Shown: one piece after another, positions 1 to 7,714 of the stretch
Numbering within the stretch: position 1 is the first letter of the stretch
How the letters are laid out: the number at the start of each line of letters is the position of its first letter
Translations under genes and position numbers: made by a program
Notes under the pieces: model-generated
What the model saw: the letters and a program-made list of their open reading frames with translations, nothing else
The model's database searches: none
What the model was told of the DNA's origin: nothing
IMG/VR virus record: IMGVR_UViG_3300030101_004109
Direction: 5' to 3' (one strand)
DNA from: an uncultured virus (IMG/VR IMGVR_UViG_3300030101_004109)
Lineage: Duplodnaviria > Heunggongvirae > Uroviricota > Caudoviricetes
Length of the DNA: 20,000 bases

Positions 1-141
1 AGAGGGTTTCTTTCTTACTTCGACAGATCCTTCGGATGTTTCTACGATGCAAGTGTTATCTTCACACCTGTCGATTACACATTTAGGCTTAATGGTTTCT
101 GTCTTAGCTGTCAATGATGAAAACAAAAATAGTACAAACAT
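1..141 (-). CDS. Hypothetical protein, 5' part only (MFVLFLFSSLTAKTETIKPKCVIDRCEDNTCIVETSEG...), hydrophobic N-terminus
   Basis: ATG at 141 with AAGGA upstream; open frame runs off the window edge. Confidence 0.6.
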   Translation of the reverse strand, partial: MFVLFLFSSLTAKTETIKPKCVIDRCEDNTCIVETSEGSVEVRKKPS

Positions 142-161
142 TTTATTTCCTTAGAATTTAG

Positions 162-234
162 TGGGTCCAGTGGGATTCGAACCCACGACCATCGGTTTAA
201 AAGACCGGTGCTCTACCAACTGAGCTATAGACCC
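162..234 (-). tRNA. tRNA-Lys(UUU), CCA not encoded
   Basis: Cloverleaf: GGGTCTA/TGGACCC acceptor, GCTC-AGTTGGTA-GAGC D arm, CT-TTT-AA anticodon loop, GTGGG-TTCGAAT-CCCAC T arm. Confidence 0.95.
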
Positions 235-238
235 GAAG

Positions 239-321
239 TGGGCGAGGCGGGAATCGAACCCGCATGACCTACGGCCGGGAGATTTTAAGTCTCATGTGTC
301 TACCAATTCCACCACTCGCCC
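239..321 (-). tRNA. tRNA-Leu(UAA), long variable arm, CCA not encoded
   Basis: GGGCGAG/CTCGCCC acceptor, CT-TAA-AA anticodon loop, GCGGG-TTCGATT-CCCGC T arm. Confidence 0.95.
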
Positions 322-327
322 GTGGTA

Positions 328-531
328 TCAGTCGCGGTCAATCCGCTGAATGATCATAATGGTTTCGCCGTCTTCTACAATGTTGACGGGTTCCGTCCAT
401 TGTTTGTTTTCTTTTACATACTTTGTCAAGGCGGCGCCCTTTAGATCGGCTGGGACCTGTAGGATGCTGGCCCCACTCAGGTAGCCGAACGTGGTTCCGT
501 CGTCAAGGATGATTACAAAATCGCTTTCCAT
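328..531 (-). CDS. Hypothetical protein (67 aa) within the tRNA cluster
   Basis: ORF track; start moved to the ATG after TTGGAGAG. Confidence 0.75.
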   Translation of the reverse strand: MESDFVIILDDGTTFGYLSGASILQVPADLKGAALTKYVKENKQWTEPVNIVEDGETIMIIQRIDRD

Positions 532-553
532 TTTTCTCTCCAATGAAGTTAAG

Positions 554-627
554 CGCCCCGGATAGGGATCGAACCTATGACATTCGGCTTAGAAGGCCGA
601 TGCTCTATCCAACTGAGCTACCGAGGC
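554..627 (-). tRNA. tRNA-Arg(UCU), CCA not encoded
   Basis: GCCTCGG/CCGGGGC acceptor, TCGGC-CT-TCT-AA-GCCGA anticodon arm, ATAGG-TTCGATC-CCTAT T arm. Confidence 0.95.
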
Positions 628-636
628 AAAAAGGTA

Positions 637-887
637 GCACACTTTAACCGGTGTGCCAGCGATGTTCTTCCATCCACCCCGTAGAACATCACAGAGGACT
701 GAGATCGAGGGATCAGTCTTATGACAGGTATTTGACTGGCACCATTTTTCAGTCTACAGGTTAACTAAAAAACAGGGTATTACTTTTACATCATACCCCA
801 AAAGAGGGGCACACTTTAACCGGTGTGCCAGCGGCTTTGGCTGCTAACCCCCTATCCCCCAGGAGCCACCCCGCAAGGTTAGCAGCC
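637..887 (-). ncRNA. Candidate structured RNA region with two copies of a hairpin plus an identical 25-nt motif (637-661, 809-833)
   Basis: Exact repeat CGCTGGCACACCGGTTAAAGTGTGC, each copy preceded by a different-sequence hairpin whose loop contains CGGGGTGG; three more hairpins lie between the copies. Confidence 0.55.
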
Positions 888-901
888 CAATACTTTTACG
901 G

Positions 902-1279
902 TCAGTTTGTTCCTTTAAGGTATTGGTCAATACTACCCTTTGTCAATCCAAAATCTTCAGAAAGAATCTTTACAATGTGTTTTCTCGGCGTTCCCTCCTT
1001 TCGCATTTCTGCCGCTTCGAACCTAATACGGTCACGCTGTTCATAGTTTTTATCAAGCAAGCTAATCAACTTGTTTGAATTGCCCTCAAGCTCTACTCTA
1101 TATTCTCCTGTATCTACAAGTTGGTCAAACGCTTTACTTACGTAGTACCTTAGCGTAGATCGCTTTAGTTTTTGAAACGCCCGCTTGGCCGTAAGTGCCG
1201 AGATAGCTTGCGGGGTCGTAACACCTGCGTCAGACATTGACGTAGTAATAAGTTTGGCAGCTAAATCTATCTGTTTCAT
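902..1279 (-). CDS. Hypothetical basic protein, possible C-terminal HTH
   Basis: ORF track, GAGGT RBS; C-terminal IVKILSEDFGLTKGSIDQYL is HTH-like by eye. Confidence 0.75.
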   Translation of the reverse strand: MKQIDLAAKLITTSMSDAGVTTPQAISALTAKRAFQKLKRSTLRYYVSKAFDQLVDTGEYRVELEGNSNKLISLLDKNYEQRDRIRFEAAEMRKEGTPRKHIVKILSEDFGLTKGSIDQYLKGTN

Positions 1280-1375
1280 TACTACCTCAATGTATTTAGC
1301 AGTAGGAGAGGAGGATGCTACAGGCCAGTATAAAGGCTATAAAGACCTGTAGATCCTCCCAGTAGTGGTACCACT

Positions 1376-1675
1376 TCACTCAGAATCAGCGGCAGCAGCT
1401 TCATCGAGCAGCATACGGATGACTTGCCCGATGTCGGTCATACCCCCGGCATCCATGAGCTTTCGGGCGGTGTTGCCCTGGGTCTCAGTGATGGTCACAC
1501 CGTTGAGGCGAAGGTTACCCCCCGTAGCGGGAGTAATGTGCTTAGTCGTCGCAGTCTCTCCATCGCGACCAGTTTCACCATTCTTGATAAACAAGTACAT
1601 GGTAAACTCATCTTCATGGCCACTCGGAAGAGGGTTAGCGGTAAGGCGGAAACGGCTGTTGTCAGTGTTGGACAT
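1376..1675 (-). CDS. Hypothetical protein (99 aa)
   Basis: ORF track, CTGGAG RBS. Confidence 0.75.
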   Translation of the reverse strand: MSNTDNSRFRLTANPLPSGHEDEFTMYLFIKNGETGRDGETATTKHITPATGGNLRLNGVTITETQGNTARKLMDAGGMTDIGQVIRMLLDEAAAADSE

Positions 1676-1747
1676 AATGTACTCCAGTACAAGTTGTGGT
1701 TGAGTCCCGAATCAAGGTTTGGTTTGAGGCGTTCGGGCATCGCCCCT

Positions 1748-1787
1748 TCTTACAAACTACACTTAACGGATTGTGATGGACTGTCAA
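1748..1787 (-). promoter_or_regulatory. Putative promoter TTGACA-N16-TAAGTG-TAGTTTGTAAGA upstream of the tRNA-containing unit
   Basis: Perfect -35; downstream sequence shared with the promoter at 6862-6902. Confidence 0.5.
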
Positions 1788-1921
1788 GGTGAAAGTTGAA
1801 ACTTTTTCTATCGAGTCCGGCGAGGGCTGATCCCTCACCCTATGACATTGAAACAGCTTCCCAGCTACCCCAATGTCAAGGGGTGAATGTTCAGCGGCGC
1901 TTACGATAAGGGCGGTAAAAC

Positions 1922-2845
1922 TTAAAAAACATTTTCTTTGTTGTACTCCGTAATATATTTCAAGTAGTTATCTGCTGTGGCTTCCATTGATTGTGTTGGG
2001 TCATCTTCAATAAAGATTTTGTAACCCCCGTCTCGGGCAGCTCTCCAGTCTGCCAAATCTCCAGTAGCGTCTTCTTCAATCTTTGTCAATAGTGTTTCCC
2101 ATTGTTGTTTTGTGTAAGGGCCTCCAAAATCAGTGTGGATTAGTGTTGACAGGTGAGTCTCAATAAAGGCTTGAATAACTTGATGGTCGGTAGGTTCCTG
2201 ATAAGTATCTCCACCATCCCAATCAACGGCTTGACTAAGTTGGAAGTAATCGGTCTCACCGTCAATGTCCATATCATTCTTACTCAATACTTCATCCATA
2301 CGTTCGATGAAGTATTCGAAGTTTTGCTCTGATTCGACTTCCAAGTAACAATCAACGTGGTAGTCATTCATTTCATGGTAAATATGTTCTTCGCCACGAG
2401 GGTCGATCGGCTCGCCACAATGGTCACAGATAGGAGCGCACTTTGTGCATAGGGTGTCGCCGTCTACCTCATGAAACTCGGCGTCATACCGGCTCCGGCT
2501 CCAATGGTTTCGGGCGAGGGGTGTGCCGTAGGATTCACCGATAGCCTCAGTCTTTTCTGCCAGGGCGCGAGTAATCCCGTCTTTCCACTGTTGGTAAGTA
2601 AAGTCGTCAACATTAGCGGTAATCGCGACTTCACAGTGAGCGCACTTTTCAAAAACAATAGAGGCGTCGTCAATCGCGCCAGGGTCGTACCCATGGTCGG
2701 CGTCGGTCTCAGGATGATAGCCGGAGCAGGAAGGGCACCCCTTGCCGCTCAGAATGGCGCCAGCTTCGCCGGGGGATACATCCCCATGGTAGAGGCCGTA
2801 TCGGTCCCAGGGCTCATTACAGACGGTGCAGTTAATGTCAGGCAT
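1922..2845 (-). CDS. Hypothetical Cys/His-rich protein with several CxxC motifs, probable zinc binding, acidic C-terminal half
   Basis: CTVC, CPSC, CAHC, CTKC, CDHC, HVDC motifs; start after TTGGAGAGT. Confidence 0.85.
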   Translation of the reverse strand: MPDINCTVCNEPWDRYGLYHGDVSPGEAGAILSGKGCPSCSGYHPETDADHGYDPGAIDDASIVFEKCAHCEVAITANVDDFTYQQWKDGITRALAEKTEAIGESYGTPLARNHWSRSRYDAEFHEVDGDTLCTKCAPICDHCGEPIDPRGEEHIYHEMNDYHVDCYLEVESEQNFEYFIERMDEVLSKNDMDIDGETDYFQLSQAVDWDGGDTYQEPTDHQVIQAFIETHLSTLIHTDFGGPYTKQQWETLLTKIEEDATGDLADWRAARDGGYKIFIEDDPTQSMEATADNYLKYITEYNKENVF

Positions 2846-2931
2846 TGTACTCTCCAAGGTTAATGTTGATTCTCTCATTCAATGACAATCTACAATGTTT
2901 ACTCCAGATTGTCAAGGAAAAAGTTAATCAA

Positions 2932-3141
2932 TTACACGTTCCTCATTACTGTAATACAGGCTGTCTTAGAAACGGTTAGCCCAATAAGGTCGGCCAGAAG
3001 CTCCCCATGTAGATCATGAAATGCTACAGCCCCTTTCTTAATGCCATGTAGCCGCTTGCATCGACGGGCTACGTTGTAAAGGTATTCATCATTGATTACA
3101 TGTCGGGTTGCTTCGTCGTGAATCCAAGGGGTATCAGACAT
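2932..3141 (-). CDS. Hypothetical protein (69 aa)
   Basis: ORF track; start MSDTP after TTGGAGA. Confidence 0.75.
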   Translation of the reverse strand: MSDTPWIHDEATRHVINDEYLYNVARRCKRLHGIKKGAVAFHDLHGELLADLIGLTVSKTACITVMRNV

Positions 3142-3195
3142 TTTCAATCTCCAATTCTTTAATGGGCAGCCACCCCTTCCAACCATCATCGGCTT

Positions 3196-3459
3196 CTACA
3201 CCAGTGTCGGTGTGTGTCGGTGTGTGAATCAGGAACGGGGGCTCTCGGCGATGCGTCGCCAGTAGTGCCACTCAAAGGTATCCAAGTCGAATTCCTGGCA
3301 GATCCAATCGCAGTGCGGGTGCCGTTCCCCGTCGGCAAGATTGTGGATGGTTTGCACAAGTTCAGACCCTCGACTGAAACCGGAGAGGGATCGTTCGGTG
3401 CGAACGAACGTGCCAAGTGGAAGTTTGACGGAACAAGGCATGTCGGTGTCTCCACTACA
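3196..3459 (-). mobile_element. Putative small inserted cassette flanked by 5-bp direct repeats, with subterminal ACACCGACA repeats
   Basis: TGTAG duplication; ACACCGACA at 3441-3449, 3215-3223 and 3205-3213. Confidence 0.55.
3229..3441 (-). CDS. Hypothetical protein (70 aa, MPCSVKLPLG...) carried by the insertion
   Basis: GGAG RBS 8 nt before ATG; the ORF fills the insertion. Confidence 0.6.
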   Translation of the reverse strand: MPCSVKLPLGTFVRTERSLSGFSRGSELVQTIHNLADGERHPHCDWICQEFDLDTFEWHYWRRIAESPRS

Positions 3460-3570
3460 TGTAGCCACTTTTCCCCGGAAGGGTCAAAAGCGCATGGTTG
3501 GGGCGGCTTAGTTGCTACAAAGTTACTATGCTCTCTTAGCCTGTTTTTTGTTCGGCTGCAAGCAAAATGT

Positions 3571-3831
3571 TTAGCTTTTAACTCCAGTCTCATTTTCAAT
3601 CTCCTGCACAATAATAGACTGACTGAGGGTTTCTCGGTATTCTTCTACATACTGTTCTACCAAATCGTCAATCTCTTCTTCTTCGATGATACCATCGGCG
3701 GCTTGCGCCTCAAAGTAATCGACTACGTTAGCCTCTACATCAATACTTTCAAGGAACTCAACCAATAGCTCATGCAAGGTACAGGCGTCAATGACATTGT
3801 TGTCGATAGGGTCGCTTGTGATTCTAAGCAT
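3571..3831 (-). CDS. Very acidic hypothetical protein (86 aa)
   Basis: ORF track, TTGGAGAGG RBS; 24 D/E versus 3 K/R. Confidence 0.8.
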   Translation of the reverse strand: MLRITSDPIDNNVIDACTLHELLVEFLESIDVEANVVDYFEAQAADGIIEEEEIDDLVEQYVEEYRETLSQSIIVQEIENETGVKS

Positions 3832-4109
3832 TATGCCTCTCCAATGTTTTCAAATCCAAATGGCGACGGACTAAACCAGATAGCCACACCATGATTAAAA
3901 TTGTCCTGTTCAATCTGGGAAGGCTCGAAGAACCCTTCCGGCATCTTTACAATAACACGTAGTAGATTACTGTCAAGGTATTCGGCTTGGATTTCTAATC
4001 CGTGGTCGGGAAACCACGAGCAATCTTTAGCAGCCTTGACAATAGACATCAAAGCATGTCGATGGCCGCATGAATCCGGGGCAGACAGTACAGCATACAA
4101 GTCTTTCAT
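3831..4109 (-). CDS. Hypothetical protein
   Basis: ORF track, TTGGAGAG RBS, TAATG overlap with the next gene. Confidence 0.8.
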   Translation of the reverse strand: MKDLYAVLSAPDSCGHRHALMSIVKAAKDCSWFPDHGLEIQAEYLDSNLLRVIVKMPEGFFEPSQIEQDNFNHGVAIWFSPSPFGFENIGEA

Positions 4110-4192
4110 TCTCTCTCCAATGGTGAATGGTTGGCTATCTCATTCAATGCCACAATAACCGGTTACAATCATTGTGGCAAGGAAAGAGTTAA

Positions 4193-4924
4193 TCAACCGG
4201 TAAGTCGTCGGGTGTTTGATGCTCCCGATACTCCCTTGTTCAGTCTAACACGTTGACCGGCTTTGTATCCGGCAGACGAATGACTTGCCGACTTGTGCCG
4301 TGCCTTTCCAAAGGAATAGTTATCTGAAACCCACTTGTCAACCTGATTCTTACGGTTGACCATCAACGCGAACCCTTCCGGATTTTCTACGGGTTCCGTC
4401 TTCTTCATTTCTCGAAGCTTAGCCCGTAGCCCTTGTACTGCCGATTGACGGAACTCAGCGCCCAATGTTTTACCGTGCTTATGGCGGTCTTCCCAGTCGG
4501 GATTCTTACAATAACGCTTTGCGGCTTTGTCAATCTGATTGGCGACTACAGTGTAAAGATAGACTGCAATCTCACAATCTGACTTATAGCCGTAGTAGTT
4601 AAATACATTGGTACCTGTGTTTTGAGCGCCCTTGATGTCAAGGTAATAGGCGATGGAAAAGGCAAGGCCACGTTTCCATTGTTGGGTTTTCTGACCGCTG
4701 TAACGGCGCTTAGATTCGTCGATGGACAATTCATTCTTTACGAACGATACCGTCATTTTGACAAGGGGGTCCGAGGGTCGATCCGATTCGGCCAACTGCT
4801 GTTCGGTCACCGCATGTTCCGTCATAAGACGGCGAGCCATACGCATGGCTTGTTCGGATTCGTTGCCCTCGCTACCATCGGCAAGGCGCAGAAGTTTTTG
4901 GATTCGTTCAATGATCTTAGACAT
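4193..4924 (-). CDS. DUF2786-domain protein
   Basis: N-terminal KIIERIQKLLRLA...NESEQAMRMARRLMTEH matches the DUF2786 pattern; C-terminal AGYKAG...L typical of these proteins. Confidence 0.85.
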   Translation of the reverse strand: MSKIIERIQKLLRLADGSEGNESEQAMRMARRLMTEHAVTEQQLAESDRPSDPLVKMTVSFVKNELSIDESKRRYSGQKTQQWKRGLAFSIAYYLDIKGAQNTGTNVFNYYGYKSDCEIAVYLYTVVANQIDKAAKRYCKNPDWEDRHKHGKTLGAEFRQSAVQGLRAKLREMKKTEPVENPEGFALMVNRKNQVDKWVSDNYSFGKARHKSASHSSAGYKAGQRVRLNKGVSGASNTRRLTG

Positions 4925-4928
4925 AGTG

Positions 4929-5249
4929 TCACTCTCCAGTTTTAATAGCTACCCACGTAGCAAGGTATCCAAGGTTGCCGCATTTTTCGTAAGGACCATC
5001 ACTAAGGACCCATGTTCCGTCCCATACTCCATCATGGGGCTTATTCGTTTCGATGTATGTTGTCAAGTATTCTCTAAGGGCATCAATATGGTCTCCCGTA
5101 TTGACCCGCATTGTCATAAAGACATCGCCTTTGAACCCCAGAGACGGGCTTCGGTCTGCCCGCTGGACCCGATAAAAGCTGTTACCGTTTCGGTCTACCC
5201 GTAGTTTGATTGTAATGGAAGGTACGGTGCTATCTGCAATCTGAATCAT
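4929..5249 (-). CDS. Hypothetical protein
   Basis: ORF track, TTGGAGAGTGAAGCATG start; shares Y(R/K)VQRAD with 7998-8333. Confidence 0.8.
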   Translation of the reverse strand: MIQIADSTVPSITIKLRVDRNGNSFYRVQRADRSPSLGFKGDVFMTMRVNTGDHIDALREYLTTYIETNKPHDGVWDGTWVLSDGPYEKCGNLGYLATWVAIKTGE

Positions 5250-5252
5250 GCT

Positions 5253-5450
5253 TCACTCTCCAATGGTAATTATTTTCCAACCAACTTGCGCGTCGTCTTC
5301 CGCTACACTGTAGACTACATCATCCTTGTACCACACACCAAATTCTGTATGGTCAAACGATTCCCATTCACCTGAATCGTTATGCAAAAGGGTAAGACTA
5401 TGATTAGTCAGAATCTTTCTATGCCCCCTTTTCTCAAGGATTATTTTCAT
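5253..5450 (-). CDS. Hypothetical protein
   Basis: ORF track, TTGGAGAGTGAAGCATG start. Confidence 0.8.
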   Translation of the reverse strand: MKIILEKRGHRKILTNHSLTLLHNDSGEWESFDHTEFGVWYKDDVVYSVAEDDAQVGWKIITIGE

Positions 5451-5537
5451 GCTTCACTCTCCAATGTTAATGTTGACTGACTATCTCATTCACTGACACT
5501 ATAACATCCTAAGCTATAGTGTCAAGGAAAAAGTTAA

Positions 5538-5714
5538 TCAGATTAGTCCGAGGATGATTAGCCACGATGGACTACCATCGGGACCATAACCATCGGGTTC
5601 TACTGTGTAACCCGTTACGGATTCACACACCGAATCATATACCCATGCTTCGATTTCTTCCATCGACGGGGTTTCGTATTCTTCACCATTCCAAGTAACA
5701 GTAGATGGAAACAT
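5538..5714 (-). CDS. Small acidic phage hypothetical protein (VEPDG...SWLIILGLI)
   Basis: ORF track; TTGGAGT RBS. Confidence 0.8.
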   Translation of the reverse strand: MFPSTVTWNGEEYETPSMEEIEAWVYDSVCESVTGYTVEPDGYGPDGSPSWLIILGLI

Positions 5715-5733
5715 ATCATACTCCAAAGGTTAA

Positions 5734-6075
5734 TCAACCGAAAACAATCTTACCATAGCAGGCTACCTGCACAATAACATCTGCATCTTCAGCGTCAATA
5801 TCTGCGCCTTCCATTGTACGGTAAACTTCTGCCCAAAACTTTTGGCCTCGGCTGGTCTGTACCTTTCCCTCCTTTAGCTTACATAGCGCCGATGCAATAG
5901 CATCATTGTCAATCAATGTCCAGGGTTCTTCCGGGTCTTCGCAGTCACGGACCATGGCCGTAACATTGTTTTCATCGGCGTGGTTATAGTTACGGACTGA
6001 GGCCCACGGGGTACCCCCTTCAATAGCTGTAATAGTAATGCCGCTGTAAAATTGGTTTCGTTGGTTGCTACGCAT
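5734..6075 (-). CDS. Phage hypothetical protein (AIEGG...W; DIDAEDADVIVQ...GKIVFG)
   Basis: ORF track; start after TTGGAGAGTG. Confidence 0.8.
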   Translation of the reverse strand: MRSNQRNQFYSGITITAIEGGTPWASVRNYNHADENNVTAMVRDCEDPEEPWTLIDNDAIASALCKLKEGKVQTSRGQKFWAEVYRTMEGADIDAEDADVIVQVACYGKIVFG

Positions 6076-6162
6076 CTTTTCACTCTCCAAGGTTAGCGTA
6101 ATAATCTCTTCATTCATTGACACAGTAACTTACTACAACCACTGTGTCAAGGAAAAAATAGA

Positions 6163-6414
6163 TTATTCTGTTTTTACTCCTGCATCAAGTGCTTTGCTAC
6201 TCATTTTAGCCAATGCAACCTTAATCTCTTTAAGCGTTGCCCTAAGCTCAATCACTTCCGGGTGTTGGGTGTCGGAGGTATCACCGCCGGTCCAATGGGC
6301 GGAAAAACCCATACCATTAGCGAGACGGTCAGACACGGCCGTTAGAAGGGCGGACGCTCTACTAATGTCGTCCGCAACAGAAAACCATTGTTCGGTGGTA
6401 GGGTTAACTTGCAT
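6163..6414 (-). CDS. Hypothetical protein, helical or coiled-coil
   Basis: ORF track; TTGGAGAGTGATATG. Confidence 0.8.
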   Translation of the reverse strand: MQVNPTTEQWFSVADDISRASALLTAVSDRLANGMGFSAHWTGGDTSDTQHPEVIELRATLKEIKVALAKMSSKALDAGVKTE

Positions 6415-6415
6415 A

Positions 6416-6685
6416 TCACTCTCCAAAGATAATGTCACATACTTTCTGGTATTTTTCCAATGTCATATAGGGCCAACGATCAACAATGATTCTACGATTT
6501 AGAACTTTATTGGCGTTATCCATAACTCCCCCAACCGTTTCGTGCTTACTGGGAAAGCGCGTCATCCAATAAATCTCACTGATTGTCCAGCCCGACATCT
6601 GACGACGGCGTACAAAAGCTCGGACAGGATCATACCGCATAGATTGTAGAACTTCGGTTCGGTGGTCGGGGTACTTAATAGACAT
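6416..6685 (-). CDS. Hypothetical protein
   Basis: ORF track; TTGGAGAGTGATATG. Confidence 0.8.
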   Translation of the reverse strand: MSIKYPDHRTEVLQSMRYDPVRAFVRRRQMSGWTISEIYWMTRFPSKHETVGGVMDNANKVLNRRIIVDRWPYMTLEKYQKVCDIIFGE

Positions 6686-6726
6686 ATCACTCTCCAATGT
6701 CTTTGTCAAACAAGTCAACGTAATCG

Positions 6727-6829
6727 TGGGGATAGCGGGAATCGAACCCGCGCTAATGCGTGTTAGCTTTGCCGAGCTTTTCACTACTTAGCCTGCCCAA
6801 CCCCGGCAAGGGTTATGTACAATATCCCC
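6727..6829 (-). ncRNA. tRNA-like RNA (103 nt): perfect acceptor stem and T arm, no canonical D or anticodon arm
   Basis: GGGGATA/TATCCCC-A acceptor; GCGGG-TTCGATT-CCCGC T arm; GCTAA/TTAGC variable-like arm; putative promoter upstream. Confidence 0.75.
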
Positions 6830-6861
6830 GTAAATCTTTCCAATAAAGTCAATGGAAGCCA

Positions 6862-6902
6862 TCTTACACTCTACCCTTAATGGAGTGTGTTTGTATTGTC
6901 AA
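6862..6902 (-). promoter_or_regulatory. Putative promoter TTGACA-N17-TAAGGG-TAGAGTGTAAGA upstream of the tRNA-like RNA
   Basis: Perfect -35; shares motif with 1748-1787. Confidence 0.5.
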
Positions 6903-6954
6903 GGACAAAATGTAAGATGGGCTCGATTGACCCTACTAAAAGGGTCGTCAAAGA

Positions 6955-7374
6955 TTAGACTGCGATCGGGGCAGCCATACGGTCTACCAGATAACATGCG
7001 AGGGTTTTCTTATTGTTTACCTCAATCCACACACCATCATGGTCTCGGCACAAATGCCACGTACCGTCCCGGCGGTTACCTTCCAGTAGCTGTAGCAACC
7101 CCTCATAGGTTGGCGCGGTATCATAGAAGCCGCCGCTACAGACCGCCGTGTTTAGGGTGCGCTCGCTATGGCGGAGATCGTAGGCCCATCGGGTGAGCGC
7201 TCCCCGTCGATTGCACTGGGCGATGACATAGCCGGTATAGGCGATGTCATAGCGGTCCCCGGTCCATGTTGCACGGGGTTTGATTGACGCCGCGAGTAGC
7301 GTGTGATTATTATATTCAACGGTTTTGGTTAGGGACGTAAAGCATTGAACGGGGGAAGGAAAAGTAATAGGCAT
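6955..7374 (-). CDS. Hypothetical protein
   Basis: ORF track; TTGGAGTGA RBS. Confidence 0.8.
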   Translation of the reverse strand: MPITFPSPVQCFTSLTKTVEYNNHTLLAASIKPRATWTGDRYDIAYTGYVIAQCNRRGALTRWAYDLRHSERTLNTAVCSGGFYDTAPTYEGLLQLLEGNRRDGTWHLCRDHDGVWIEVNNKKTLACYLVDRMAAPIAV

Positions 7375-7392
7375 GGGTCACTCCAATGTTAA

Positions 7393-7641
7393 TCAGCTAA
7401 CAATGTTTTCGGAAAAGTCAAAGCCCTTTCTACAGATGTAACATGTTCCGTTGTTACTGTACCTTGTACAGTAGACCCGATACCACCGTTCCCGACCGTC
7501 GGCACCCGCGGCCTTTACCTTTTTGAAGGTTGGGATCTTTCGGCCGTAGCCGGATGCTGTGTAGCTTAGGCCCTTTAGCTGCCACGGCAAGGGGTCGACA
7601 ATGAATGGGACGGGGCCGGACTTCATATCAAGGTATTGCAT
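7393..7641 (-). CDS. Phage hypothetical protein (TASGYGRKIPT...RVYC...SNNGTCYI)
   Basis: ORF track; TTGGAGAGT RBS. Confidence 0.8.
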   Translation of the reverse strand: MQYLDMKSGPVPFIVDPLPWQLKGLSYTASGYGRKIPTFKKVKAAGADGRERWYRVYCTRYSNNGTCYICRKGFDFSENIVS

Positions 7642-7714
7642 GTTACTCTCCAATGGTTAACAGGTTCATTCGATGACACTATAACATTCTACACTATAGT
7701 GTCAAGGAAAGAAT

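Larger units (their letters stand above)
3134..3593 (-). pseudogene. Small gene (66 aa when reconstituted, ending WLHVEADDGWKGWLPIKELEIENV) interrupted by a 259-bp insertion
   Basis: Removing the sequence between TGTAG direct repeats (3455-3459, 3196-3200) joins two frames into one ORF whose stop overlaps the next gene's start. Confidence 0.65.

Noticed and set aside
3186..3611. 141-aa ORF as a genuine full-length protein
   Set aside because: Its C-terminal two-thirds look like read-through into the insertion; the split-gene model fits the junction repeats and downstream coupling better
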